64,000 nt of DNA from an uncultured Anaerolineales bacterium (GTDB lineage Bacteria; Chloroflexota; Anaerolineae; UBA7937; JACPPX01), in assembly GCA_964348195.1 (NCBI GenBank), contig CAYGBX010000001.1, positions 15,148 through 79,147 of the forward strand. Reading direction: 5' to 3'. The notes under the pieces were generated by a model. It made no database searches, was not told where the DNA came from, and worked only from the letters and a program-made list of their open reading frames with translations. Positions 48,860 to 58,612 of the stretch are shown piece after piece. The position numbers and the translations under genes were made by a program. Each line of letters starts with the position of its first letter. The first letter of the stretch is position 1.

Positions 48860-50620
48860 CTACTCCTCCTCCTCGTCTTCCTCGTAGAAGGCCCGGATTT
48901 GCTCGTCTACCTCTTCCTCGCTCCAACCAAGATCTTCCAGCTCCCGCCGCCAGTGGTCGTCTCCGCGACCCGGTTTCCGGAGCTTCCGGGACACGACCTC
49001 TCCCAGCCGCTCGTCGTACACCAACTCGCGGGTCTCGCGCCGGGTCTTCTCGGGCGGCTCCTCCAGGAGTTCCGCCATCTCCGGCTCCTCCTCGAGTCCT
49101 TCTTCCAGGGCGACATCCATCGAATCTTCTGCCACAACCGGCTCGACTGCAGGCACCTCCTCCGGTTCCTCGATCTCTTCCGGTACAGGCTCGATGGGAC
49201 CAGCCTCCTCAGCGGGGGACTCCTCGACGACAGCCTCCTCCTCGGGCGCCTCGCCGACGGGCTCCTCCTCTGCCGGCTCAGGCTCCTCCGGAATGGGATA
49301 GACGCCGGCTGCTTCCAGCCGGTCCAGTATCTCGGTCACTGACTTGGGGCCGATCCCGGGGAGCTCGAGCAGGGCCTTCTCGCCTTCCTGGACCGCCTCC
49401 AGGAGAGCGCCCACTCGTCCCAGGCCCGCCGACGACAGCGCGTTTGCGAGCCGTGTGGGAAGGCCAATCGCCGAGATGGCCGTCGTCTCACTGATGAGTG
49501 CGGCCACGTCCTCGCCGCGGGCCAGCGCCTCGGCGATGGTTGTTGCCTCCTCAGCCGCCACTCGCTCGGCCCGCTCCTGGGCCTCGGCCGGACTTAGGAT
49601 GTCGATCCGCCACCCGGTCAGCTTGGCTGCCAGACGAACGTTTTGGCCCTCGCGGCCGATGGCAAGCGATAGCTGGGTGTCGGCCACTACGACGATGGCG
49701 GTTCGACGAGCTTCATCGCTCTCCACCAGCTCCACACCCAGAGGCCGCGCAGGGCTGAGGGCCTTGCTGATGAACTCCTTGACGTCCGGGCTCCACTCCA
49801 CCACATCAATTCGCTCGCCACCAAGTTCGTTGACGATCGACTGGATACGCACCCCCCGCATTCCCACGCACGCACCCACGGGGTCCACGCCCGGCTGAAG
49901 GGCGGTGACGGCTACCTTGGAGCGGAAGCCGGGTTCGCGGGCGATCGCCTTGACCTCAACCGCTCCGTTGTATATCTCCGGAACCTCGAGCTCCAGCAGG
50001 CGCTTGAGCATTCCCGGGTGCGCCCTCGACAGGATGATCTCGGGGCCGCGCGTGGTTCGGTTGACCTCTAGAACGTAGGCCCGCAGCCTCTGCTTGATCC
50101 GATACCTCTCGGTAGGAATCTGCTCCACCCGAGGAAGAAGTGCTTCCGTGCGACCCAGGCTGAGCGTGACGCCGTGGGCATCGATGCTCTGGACGATCCC
50201 GTTTACGATCTCGCCCTCGCGCTCGGCAAAGGTTTCGTAGAGAGCGTCTCTTTCCGCCTCGCGGATCCGCTGCAAGATGACCTGCTTGGCGGTCTGTGCT
50301 GCGATCCGACCGAAATTGGGAGGCGTCGTCTCCACCAGTACGTGTTCGCCCAGCTCGATTTCACCGTCGCTCGACTGAGCCTCCACCAGCGAGATCTGGG
50401 CGTCTGGGTCCTCGACCTCTTCGACGACCTCCAGCTGAGAGTAGATCCGAACCTCCCCAGTCTCGGGATCGATCTTGGCCACGACCGACGCCTCTTCGTC
50501 GTAGTCGCGCTTGTAGGCCGAAGCCAGGGCCTGCTCCACGGCGTCCAAGACCACCTCCGTGGCAAGACCCCGTTCGGCACTCACCTGTTGGATGGCCTTC
50601 AAGAACTCGCCCTTGATCAC
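48860..50620 (-). CDS. nusA: Transcription termination/antitermination factor NusA with ~150-aa acidic C-terminal tail
   Basis: 586 aa. N-terminal domain, S1, KH1/KH2 (GACVGMRGVRIQSIVNELGGERIDVV), AR-like region. Tail EPEPAEEEPVGEAPEEEAVVEESPAEE...YEEDEEEE. Confidence 0.95.
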   Translation of the reverse strand: MIKGEFLKAIQQVSAERGLATEVVLDAVEQALASAYKRDYDEEASVVAKIDPETGEVRIYSQLEVVEEVEDPDAQISLVEAQSSDGEIELGEHVLVETTPPNFGRIAAQTAKQVILQRIREAERDALYETFAEREGEIVNGIVQSIDAHGVTLSLGRTEALLPRVEQIPTERYRIKQRLRAYVLEVNRTTRGPEIILSRAHPGMLKRLLELEVPEIYNGAVEVKAIAREPGFRSKVAVTALQPGVDPVGACVGMRGVRIQSIVNELGGERIDVVEWSPDVKEFISKALSPARPLGVELVESDEARRTAIVVVADTQLSLAIGREGQNVRLAAKLTGWRIDILSPAEAQERAERVAAEEATTIAEALARGEDVAALISETTAISAIGLPTRLANALSSAGLGRVGALLEAVQEGEKALLELPGIGPKSVTEILDRLEAAGVYPIPEEPEPAEEEPVGEAPEEEAVVEESPAEEAGPIEPVPEEIEEPEEVPAVEPVVAEDSMDVALEEGLEEEPEMAELLEEPPEKTRRETRELVYDERLGEVVSRKLRKPGRGDDHWRRELEDLGWSEEEVDEQIRAFYEEDEEEE

Positions 50621-50836
50621 CCTAGCCTGCTCCCTTCCCAGCCCGGTGCTTCATACTCGGGACCGCTGCGTCGCTTGCCCCTGCAGCTCGGCCTTTCGCC
50701 CGCCGCAACCGTCCCATATAAAGACAGGTGGGGCGTGGAGTCCCACCTTTCGTCGTGTTGGCCATCGGACCCACACCATTATAGCACCGCTGCTGGGGGC
50801 ACGCAACCGCCGCGGGTCCCATGGCCACTTGATTCC

Positions 50837-50865
50837 TTGACGCTCCTGCGGAGGGCCGATAGACT
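50837..50865 (+). promoter_or_regulatory. Sigma-70-like promoter candidate for small membrane protein gene
   Basis: TTGACG-17 nt-TAGACT. ~85 nt upstream of the ATG at 50950. Confidence 0.3.
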
Positions 50866-50949
50866 CTGTCCCGCTCGCCGGAAGACGCGTGTTCCTTCGG
50901 CCCTGCGGACGATCTAGCGCATGGGGGACAGGTGAGACGGAGGTCAGCC

Positions 50950-51258
50950 ATGACCAGGGAGACAGATCCGCCCTTGGGCAGCAGACGCGGGATGGAGTGG
51001 AGGCTGGTTATCCAGAACGCGCTGATCGGGCTTCTCATATGGCACGGGGGGTGGCTTCTCGTCGGAGCCTTCCCCACTCTAGTCACCATCCCTACCGTCT
51101 TCCTGATCCCCATGGCCTTTGTGGTGTGGATCGCCTACCTGCGCACCCACCAACCCACCACGGCCCAGGCGATCTCCGAGTCCTTGTTCACGGGAGCGGT
51201 ACTCTTGATCCTCCTGATGCTATCCCTACCGCTGTTCTTCGGCGCAGCCGCAGAGTAG
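50950..51258 (+). CDS. Small integral membrane protein (3 predicted TM), unknown function
   Basis: Start MTRETDPPLG with SD GGAGG 7 nt upstream. Hydrophobic LIGLLIWHGGWLLVGAF, TVFLIPMAFVVWIAYL, GAVLLILLMLSLPLFF. The track extends it to 50932. Confidence 0.5.
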   Translation: MTRETDPPLGSRRGMEWRLVIQNALIGLLIWHGGWLLVGAFPTLVTIPTVFLIPMAFVVWIAYLRTHQPTTAQAISESLFTGAVLLILLMLSLPLFFGAAAE

Positions 51259-51297
51259 GCCCCGGTCACAAGTCCCGGTCACGAAAGGGAGAATACT

Positions 51298-52650
51298 ATG
51301 GAGAAGTTCAACGCCAAAGTCGAAGAGCAGACCGACGCCTACGTGGAGGCACTCCGGCGTCTATGTCAGCAGCCGAGCATCGCCGCACAGGGCGTGGGGA
51401 TAGCAGAGACCGCAGATTTGGTTAGGGCCTGGATGGAGGAGGCAGGATTCGACACCCAGGTCATCCCGGTAGATGGGGGATCGCCTATCGTGTGGGGAGA
51501 GTTGGGCGAGGGGCCGCGGACCCTTACCTTCTATGATCACTACGACGTCCAGCCGGCTGATCCCTTGGATGAGTGGGAATCAGATCCCTTTGCGGCCGAG
51601 ATTCGTGGCGGCTACATCTACGCCCGCGGTGTCGCCGACAACAAGGGGGATCTCGCCGCCAGGATCGCAGCCATCCAGGCGTGGCAGGAATCCATTGGCC
51701 CACTCCCGCTCCGCATCAAACTCTTCGTCGAAGGCGAGGAAGAGGTGGGGAGCCCTCACCTGGAGTCGTTCGCTCTAGAGCGCCGAGAGCTCCTCGATGC
51801 CGATGGGATGGTGTGGGAGGGATCCTACAAAGACTCTTTGGGCCGGCCGGTCCTCTATCTAGGAGTCAAGGGATTGGCCTATTTCGAGCTTCGAGCCAGA
51901 GGTCCGAGCCACGACCTGCATTCGTCATGGGGAACCCTGATTCCGAACCCAGCGTGGAGGCTGGTGCACGCTCTCGCCACGCTACGCGATGCGGACGACA
52001 ACCTTCTCCTCGATGGTTTGTGGGACCACGTGGCCGAGCCCCCCCAGGAGGACATGGAGTTGCTCAGGAAGGTCCCCCTGGAGGAAGAGCGGTTGAAGAA
52101 GGACTTCGGCGTAGCGGCCTTCTCGGGCAATGTCACTGGGCTGGATGCGGCCGTTCGCCACTTCTTTCACCCGACCACCACCATCTGTGGATTCCGGTCT
52201 GGCTATATTGAGGAAGGCGTCAAGACCGTGCTTCCCGCCACGGCCGCCGCCAAGGTAGGGATACGTCTGGTCCCTGACCTCACCTACGAGCTGGTGGAGG
52301 ATCTCCTGAAGAAGCACCTCGAGCGCAGGGGATTCGGGGACGTGGAAGTTGTCCTGCTGTCGGCGGAGAATCCTGCTAAATCCGATCCCAAGTCTGCGGT
52401 GGCGCTCGCCGCTGCCGACGCGTGCCGCACCGTATATGGAGAGGAGCCGGTGATCTATCCGATTATGGCAGGCACGGGTCCGATGTATCCCCTGAGCACC
52501 ATGCTCGGCATCCCTGTGGTCAGCGGGATGGGGGTCGGCCACGCCCAATCCAGAATCCACTCACCGAACGAGAACATCAGCGTCGAGGACTTCGTCCAGG
52601 GGATCAAGTACACGGGAGAGCTGATCCGGCAATTCTCCGAGATGGCTTAG
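51298..52650 (+). CDS. M20-family metallopeptidase (dipeptidase/deacylase)
   Basis: 450 aa. YDHYDVQPA, GRGVADNKGD, EGEEEVGS (metal ligands), dimerisation domain. C-terminal HSPNENI. Confidence 0.85.
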   Translation: MEKFNAKVEEQTDAYVEALRRLCQQPSIAAQGVGIAETADLVRAWMEEAGFDTQVIPVDGGSPIVWGELGEGPRTLTFYDHYDVQPADPLDEWESDPFAAEIRGGYIYARGVADNKGDLAARIAAIQAWQESIGPLPLRIKLFVEGEEEVGSPHLESFALERRELLDADGMVWEGSYKDSLGRPVLYLGVKGLAYFELRARGPSHDLHSSWGTLIPNPAWRLVHALATLRDADDNLLLDGLWDHVAEPPQEDMELLRKVPLEEERLKKDFGVAAFSGNVTGLDAAVRHFFHPTTTICGFRSGYIEEGVKTVLPATAAAKVGIRLVPDLTYELVEDLLKKHLERRGFGDVEVVLLSAENPAKSDPKSAVALAAADACRTVYGEEPVIYPIMAGTGPMYPLSTMLGIPVVSGMGVGHAQSRIHSPNENISVEDFVQGIKYTGELIRQFSEMA

Positions 52651-52925
52651 CGGCGACCGAGGAGGCGAGCCGCTAGTCCACACGGAGCGGCGACCGAGGA
52701 GGCGAGCCGCTAGTCCACACGGAGCGGCGACCGAGGAGGCGAGCCGCTCCGCCCAGCGGGGCAGCCCGGCCCGTGAACGTCTCTGGGGCTGGCGAACGCT
52801 GCCCGCCCACACGGAGCGGCGACCGAGGAGGCGAGCCGCTGCGCGCAGCGGGGCAGCCCGGCCTCATGTACCCCGTGAGGCTTGCGGTCGCTGCCCGCCC
52901 ACACGGAGCGGCGGGCGGAACCCCT
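52649..52925. repeat. Tandem hairpin-repeat array: 3 x 37-bp units then 2 x 92-bp units (same 37-bp core plus 55-bp insert)
   Basis: Core AGCGGCGACCGAGGAGGCGAGCCGCT(AGTCCACACGG) at 52649, 52686, 52723, 52815, and degenerate at 52907. Each core is a 6-bp inverted repeat AGCGGC/GCCGCT around a 14-nt loop. Begins inside the M20 stop codon. Confidence 0.75.
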
Positions 52926-53088
52926 AGCCTGGAGATCGTCCGCCAGCCGCGCCCGAGCATCACGGGACATTCTTGACACCGGCTCCGGGCAGTCCGTATA
53001 ATTCGCCCACGCCGGGAGCCCTTCTGGAGGGAGTCTTCTACGGCTTGGGCGGAGCCCCTCTGCCCCTTCGACGCGAGACCGCTACCCC

Positions 53089-55134
53089 ATGAGCACAGTC
53101 TATCCCTTCACCGCTATCGTTCGACAGGAGCGCATGAAGCGCGCTCTGGTGCTCAACGCCATCGATCAGCAGATCGGCGGGGTCTTGATCCGGGGAGAGC
53201 GCGGAACCGGTAAGTCTACCGCCGCCCGGGCCTTGGCGGCCCTCCTCCCGGAGATCGAGGTGGTGGCGGATTGCCTCTACTCCTGCGACCCCGGCCGACC
53301 CGATCGCTTCTGCGACGACTGTCGATTGAGGGAGGCGTCGGGCGAGACCCTGCCGACAGCCCGCCGTCAGATCCGGTTCGTCGATCTCCCTGTCAGCGCC
53401 ACCGAGGACCGTGTGGTGGGAACCTTGGACCTCGAGCGGGCCATCAAGCGCGGGGAACGGCGCTTCGAGCCTGGCGTTCTGGCATCAGCGAACCGCGGGC
53501 TTCTGTACGTCGACGAGGTCAACCTCCTCGACGATCACGTGGTCGACCTCCTGTTGGACTCAGCCGCTATGGGAACGAACGTGGTGGAGAGAGAGGGGAT
53601 CTCCTTCTCTCACCCCAGTCTTTTCATCCTGGTCGGCACGATGAACCCCGAGGAGGGGGATCTCCGTCCACAGCTCACCGACCGGTTCGGGCTCTGCGTG
53701 GACATTCGCGGCATCGCCGAACCCGGAGACCGTGCCGAGATCCTGGAGCGGCGCGTGGAGTTCGAGAGGGATCCGGTTGCCTTCCGCATGGAGTGGGAGA
53801 CAGAAGAGGCGCAGCTGGCCAGTGAGATCGCAGACGCCCGCGAGCTGGTCGCGGACGTTGAATACTCCGACCGCGATCTCGACACCATCGCGCGGCTGGC
53901 GGGGAGTCTGGAGGTCGACGGCCACCGCGCCGACATCGTGATTTTGAAGGCCGGGCTGGCCCACGCGGCACTCCACGGTCGCCGCCGGCTGGATGCCGAG
54001 GATATCCTGGTGGCCGCCGAGGTGGCACTGCCCCACCGACTCAAGAAGCACCCGCTGGAGGACGGGAGGCTGAGCCGCGGCGAACTTCGCGAGCGATTGG
54101 AAGAGATCAGGCACCAGCCCCGCCCCGATCCAAGCCCGTCCCCGTCCACCAGGAAACCGACCGGCCCAAAAAAAGCCCCAGCGTCTGAGGCTGCAGGCTC
54201 GGCCCGCGAAAGGAGTCCTCGGCCGAGCCCAGTCCCCCTGCACGATGACCCAGCCCAGGCGACGCGCCGCGTCCCCCAGAGCCACGATCAGCCCGTTCGA
54301 ACTGGCCGAGCCTTCCGTCCCCGGAGATTGGAAACCCCTCTAGATCGCAAGACCCGTCGCGCCGCCGGGCGTCGCAGCAAGAGTCGGGTCCGTCGCAAGC
54401 GCGGCCGCTACGTTCTCTCGCGTCCCATGGGCCACCGCGTCGATGACATCGCCTTCGATGCCACCCTGCGCCATTCCGCCCCTCACCAGCGCCGCCGTCG
54501 CCGCCGTCAAGGCGACATCGCCCTGGTCGTGGAGCGCGAGGATCTGCAGCGGAAGGTTCGGATGGCCCGCACAGCCAATCTGATCCTTTTCGTAGTGGAC
54601 GCCAGTTGGTCGATGGCAGCTGCCGAGCGCATGGTGGCCACGAAGGGAGCGATCCTGTCGCTCCTTCGCGATGCGTACCAGAGGCGAGACTGGGTCGGCC
54701 TCATTGTCTTTCGGAAAAACGATGCGTCGCTTCTTCTCCCGCCCACCAACAGTGTAAGGAAGGCGGAGAAGATCCTGGCCGACATTCCGGTGGGTGGGAA
54801 GACCCCGCTCTCCCGCGGCCTCTACCTTGCCCACGAGGTACTCAGTCGCGAGCGGCGCCGCGCGCCTACCACCACACCGCTCTTGATCGTGTTGACGGAC
54901 GGCGCAGGGAACGTGTCTATGGGATCGCTCTCCCCCCGCGAGGAGAGCCGGCGTATGGCCCGGCTACTCCGTGAGAGTGAGGTACGCTGCGTGGTCATCA
55001 ACACTGAGCACCGGGCTTTCGATCGCGGGCTCGCGGAAGAGCTGGCCGAGCACCTGGGAGGCCGCTGCTGGTCCCTCTCCCAATTGGGCGCCGATGGCCT
55101 CTACCAGGCTGTGCGGCACGAACTCGAGTCCTGA
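53089..55134 (+). CDS. Mg-chelatase-like AAA+ ATPase fused to vWA domain (ChlI/BchI N-terminus + ChlD/BchD C-terminus)
   Basis: 681 aa. GGVLIRGERGTGKST Walker A, LLYVDEVNLLDDHVVDLLLD Walker B, PSLFILVGTMNPEEGDLRPQLTDRFG. Pro/Arg-rich linker. vWA MIDAS FVVDASWSM...G.TPL. Confidence 0.85.
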   Translation: MSTVYPFTAIVRQERMKRALVLNAIDQQIGGVLIRGERGTGKSTAARALAALLPEIEVVADCLYSCDPGRPDRFCDDCRLREASGETLPTARRQIRFVDLPVSATEDRVVGTLDLERAIKRGERRFEPGVLASANRGLLYVDEVNLLDDHVVDLLLDSAAMGTNVVEREGISFSHPSLFILVGTMNPEEGDLRPQLTDRFGLCVDIRGIAEPGDRAEILERRVEFERDPVAFRMEWETEEAQLASEIADARELVADVEYSDRDLDTIARLAGSLEVDGHRADIVILKAGLAHAALHGRRRLDAEDILVAAEVALPHRLKKHPLEDGRLSRGELRERLEEIRHQPRPDPSPSPSTRKPTGPKKAPASEAAGSARERSPRPSPVPLHDDPAQATRRVPQSHDQPVRTGRAFRPRRLETPLDRKTRRAAGRRSKSRVRRKRGRYVLSRPMGHRVDDIAFDATLRHSAPHQRRRRRRQGDIALVVEREDLQRKVRMARTANLILFVVDASWSMAAAERMVATKGAILSLLRDAYQRRDWVGLIVFRKNDASLLLPPTNSVRKAEKILADIPVGGKTPLSRGLYLAHEVLSRERRRAPTTTPLLIVLTDGAGNVSMGSLSPREESRRMARLLRESEVRCVVINTEHRAFDRGLAEELAEHLGGRCWSLSQLGADGLYQAVRHELES

Positions 55135-55206
55135 CACCGGGTTCAAGCCACATTCTTTGACGAGAAGATTCCCCGACGCCGGAAGACGATCGGATTCCCT
55201 CGGGCA

Positions 55207-56373
55207 ATGGCCCAACTCATAGACCGCACCGACTTCCCCGCCGTACAGGAGCTCATCTACCTCAACGCAGCGTCGGTGGCTCCCAGCCCACGTGCCGTCA
55301 GCCAGATGGTATTGGCGTTCTACCAGGACTTGGCAGCGCATGGAACCGCCAACTTCGACGATGAGGCCGAGACCCGAGTGTACGATGACCTGAGGGAAGC
55401 ATCCGCCAGACTCTTTAGCGCTCACCCCGACGAGGTCGCCGTCTTCGCTAGCGCCACCGAGGCACTGAGCTCGCTCGCCTGGGCCGTGGCCCCAGGAGTA
55501 GGGCACAATGTCGTCTCGGCCGATGTGGAGTTCCCGAGCGTCGTATACCCATGGATGCGAGTCTGCCGCTCCACTGGGGGAGAGGTGCGGCTCGCGGCCG
55601 GCCGGGACGGCTGGATCGACACCGACGAGATCGTAGGTCTGATCGACAAGCAGACCGCCGTCGTCTGCCTGAGCCACGTCCAATACGGGATCGGACAGCG
55701 ATTGGACATACCCCTCATCGCCCGCGCCACCCACGCAGTGGGCGCGCTGCTCTTCGTCGATGCGACACAATCGGCGGGCGCGGTCCCGATCGATGTCCGT
55801 GCATGGGGAGTGGACGCGCTGGTCACGAGTTCCTACAAGTGGCTCTGCGGGCCCTTTGGGGCAGCGGTGCTGTACCTGCGCTCGGAGCTGCTCGATCGCA
55901 TTGAACCGGGGCTCGTGGGATGGCGCAGCACAGAGAACCCCTTCGATCTGCGGGCCGATCGAATCGACTGGGCTCGAACCGCGCGCCGGTTTGAGTTCAG
56001 CACCCTCGCCTACGGCTCCGCCTTGGGGTTGGCAACCGCCATCGAGTACCTCACAGGGATCGGAATTGACGCCATTTGGCAACACAATTTGAGCCTCGCG
56101 GACCGGCTCCTGGAGGGGCTGGACTCGCTTGGAGGCCAGATCCTGTCGCCACGTGGTCCCGACGACCGAAGCTCGATCGTCACGGTACGGTTCCCGGGCC
56201 GTGATTCAAGCACTTTGGCAGGACACTTGAACCGCAGGGGCATCGTCGTCTCCCCGCGAATGGGAGGGGTCCGCCTCTCACCGCACCTGTTCAACACCGA
56301 ACAAGATATCTACCGCGGCTTGGAGGATCTGGAAGCGATACTGAGCAGGGAAGAGTCCACGGACACTGGTTGA
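55207..56373 (+). CDS. Class V aminotransferase (PLP-dependent)
   Basis: 388 aa. PLP Lys in LVTSSYKWLCGPFG, FVDATQSAG. Confidence 0.8.
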   Translation: MAQLIDRTDFPAVQELIYLNAASVAPSPRAVSQMVLAFYQDLAAHGTANFDDEAETRVYDDLREASARLFSAHPDEVAVFASATEALSSLAWAVAPGVGHNVVSADVEFPSVVYPWMRVCRSTGGEVRLAAGRDGWIDTDEIVGLIDKQTAVVCLSHVQYGIGQRLDIPLIARATHAVGALLFVDATQSAGAVPIDVRAWGVDALVTSSYKWLCGPFGAAVLYLRSELLDRIEPGLVGWRSTENPFDLRADRIDWARTARRFEFSTLAYGSALGLATAIEYLTGIGIDAIWQHNLSLADRLLEGLDSLGGQILSPRGPDDRSSIVTVRFPGRDSSTLAGHLNRRGIVVSPRMGGVRLSPHLFNTEQDIYRGLEDLEAILSREESTDTG

Positions 56374-57365
56374 TGGATTCGGATGTCCTCCTCCTCACCG
56401 AGCCCGAGATTCGACGTTCCGTGGGTCTGGCGGAGTCGATCTCAGTCATCGAGCGGGCGTTCACGGAGCTCGCTCACGGGCAGGTGTCGCTCCCCTCGCC
56501 CATGCACCTCCGAGTCGAGGAGAACGAGGGCGAAGTCCACATCAAGACGGCACACATCGGGGGCACCTCTCGGTACGCCGTCAAGATCGCGTCCGGGTTC
56601 TACCGAAACCCGCAGCGGGGTCTACCCTCGGGGTCCGGAATGATGGTGACGTTCAGCGCCGATACGGGGTTTCTGGAGGCCATTCTCCTCGACAACGGTT
56701 ATCTGACGGACGTGAGAACCGCGGCCGCCGGTGCCGTGGCTGCGGACTACCTGGCCCGGCGCGGCCTGAGGACGATCGGGATCCTGGGTTCAGGAATCCA
56801 GGCGCGCTTTCAGGTCATGGCACTTTGGGAGGTGCGCAGATTCGAGGAGGCTATGGTCTACAGCCGCAAGAAGAGGAACGTGGATTCGTACGTGGACGAG
56901 ATGGGATCGAAGCTGGATGCGCACTTCCGAGCGGCACCGGACGCCGAGTCGGCCGTCCGCGCGGCCGATCTGCTCATCACGGCGACTCCGTCGCGACAGC
57001 CCCTGGTGAAGACTGAGTGGCTCCGGCCTGGCCTCCACATCACAGCGATGGGAGCCGACAGCCCCGGGAAGCAGGAACTGGAGCCGGAGATCCTCGCCCG
57101 CGCTGACCGCGTCGTCTGCGATCTCCGAAGCCAGTGCCGCCGCATCGGAGAGCTGCACCACGCCTTGGCGGAAGGGGTGCTCACCGACGACAGTCAGGTC
57201 GCGGAACTGGGCGATTTGACGGCCGGCCAGGTTCCGGGTCGGCAGGACGACGAAGAGATCACGGTCTGCGATCTCACAGGTGTCGGGATCCAGGACACGG
57301 CCATAGCCAACTTCGCAGTGGAGCGGGCCAAATCACTCGGTGTGGGGCGCCACCTTACCGAGTAG
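56373..57365 (+). CDS. Ornithine cyclodeaminase / mu-crystallin family protein
   Basis: ATG overlaps the upstream stop (TGATG). Rossmann IGILGSGIQARFQ. Family-typical length of 330 aa. Confidence 0.85.
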   Translation: MDSDVLLLTEPEIRRSVGLAESISVIERAFTELAHGQVSLPSPMHLRVEENEGEVHIKTAHIGGTSRYAVKIASGFYRNPQRGLPSGSGMMVTFSADTGFLEAILLDNGYLTDVRTAAAGAVAADYLARRGLRTIGILGSGIQARFQVMALWEVRRFEEAMVYSRKKRNVDSYVDEMGSKLDAHFRAAPDAESAVRAADLLITATPSRQPLVKTEWLRPGLHITAMGADSPGKQELEPEILARADRVVCDLRSQCRRIGELHHALAEGVLTDDSQVAELGDLTAGQVPGRQDDEEITVCDLTGVGIQDTAIANFAVERAKSLGVGRHLTE

Positions 57366-58551
57366 TCTGAACTCCGTGGCTTCCGGCCCCAATCCCAGCG
57401 CATCCAGTTTGCGCGTCCTGGGCACGGTGATTCTGGTCCGGTTTCTCTCAGACACCGGCACCCGGCTTCTCTACCCCTTTCTCCCCATAGTCGCCCGCGA
57501 GGTCGGTATCGCGCTCGAGGATGCCGGCCTCCTGATAGCGGTCATGGTAGCTACCGGGCTCCTTGCTCCGCTCTTCGGACCGTTGACAGACAGGCTGGGG
57601 GCCCATCGGGTCTCGCTTGCCAGCCAGGCAGGCTTCGCGGCCGCTGCGTTCGCCGCGGCATTGGAGGGTTCCCGCTACACGTTCGTAGTGGCTCTGGGGG
57701 TCATGGGGATCTGCCGTGCGGTCCTCGTCCCGGCTCTCCAGGCCGAGCTGAGCGACCGGTTCGCATACCGGATCCGCGGTCGGGCCTTGGCCACCACCGA
57801 GATAGCTTGGGGATTGGCGGCGCTGGTGGGATTCCCCGTGGTAGGCGGCCTCATCGCCGCCACCGGTACCTTCCGAACCGCCTACCTGCTCATCGGACTC
57901 CTGGCAGCGATCGTCCTGCCCCTGCAGTGGGCAGTCTTGCGCCACCGCCGGGGACTCCTAGTCCAGAAGGGGATCCTGATCGGACCTTTCCGGCCCCACG
58001 CCGGGTTCTGGAGCTCTCTGTTGATCGCCTGCCTGCTGCTCCTCTCCTTCAACACTCTTCTCGTCGCCTACGGCGCCTGGGCCGAGGAGTCCTTCGGACT
58101 AGACCCGGCCGGCCTGGGCCTTCTCTCTCTCGCCATCGGACTCGGGGAGGTTTCTGGGGCCGCCGCGGCGGGCCTATGGATCGATCGGATCGGCAAGCGC
58201 CGCGGCTTCTTCTTGAGCTCAGTGGCGAGCGCGGTCATGTTCTTGGCCCTGCCTCTCTCCAGGGTCGGGATCACCTGGGCGATCCCGGCTCTGTTCCTGG
58301 CAAGCCTCGCCTTTGAGTTCGCCTTCAACGCCTTCTTGCCCCTGGCCAGCGAGCAGATCCCCTCCGCCCGAGGACGTGTCCTCACCGCGATTCTGGGCGC
58401 CTTCCAAGCGGGCAACCTGGCCGGATCGCTGGTAGCGCTTCACCTGCTGCTGGCGGCGGGGTTCGGCAGCAACGGGCTCCTGGCCGCAGGGGGGATGCTC
58501 ATTGCCAGTGCCGCGGTGCGCTGGGTGAGGGAGGAAGACGACGTCCAATAG
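57340..58551 (+). CDS. MFS transporter
   Basis: 12 predicted TM. MFS loop motif GPLTDRLG. Alternative in-frame TTG start at 57409 would remove the 26-nt overlap with the upstream gene. Confidence 0.75.
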   Translation: MWGATLPSSLNSVASGPNPSASSLRVLGTVILVRFLSDTGTRLLYPFLPIVAREVGIALEDAGLLIAVMVATGLLAPLFGPLTDRLGAHRVSLASQAGFAAAAFAAALEGSRYTFVVALGVMGICRAVLVPALQAELSDRFAYRIRGRALATTEIAWGLAALVGFPVVGGLIAATGTFRTAYLLIGLLAAIVLPLQWAVLRHRRGLLVQKGILIGPFRPHAGFWSSLLIACLLLLSFNTLLVAYGAWAEESFGLDPAGLGLLSLAIGLGEVSGAAAAGLWIDRIGKRRGFFLSSVASAVMFLALPLSRVGITWAIPALFLASLAFEFAFNAFLPLASEQIPSARGRVLTAILGAFQAGNLAGSLVALHLLLAAGFGSNGLLAAGGMLIASAAVRWVREEDDVQ

Positions 58552-58612
58552 GACGGTCGCAGCCGACGCCGCACTCCTGGGCATCGCGCTCATCTGGGGG
58601 GCGACCTTCGTC

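Noticed and set aside
50622-51113. Minus-strand 163-aa ORF upstream of nusA
   Set aside because: It is antisense to the small membrane-protein gene and to the nusA leader. It has no RBS and is not a rimP homologue.
52561-52979. Small overlapping ORFs on both strands over 52561-52979, and possible CRISPR array
   Set aside because: The ORFs are generated by the tandem repeat. A CRISPR array is excluded because units are directly tandem or separated by mutually similar inserts, and no cas genes are present.
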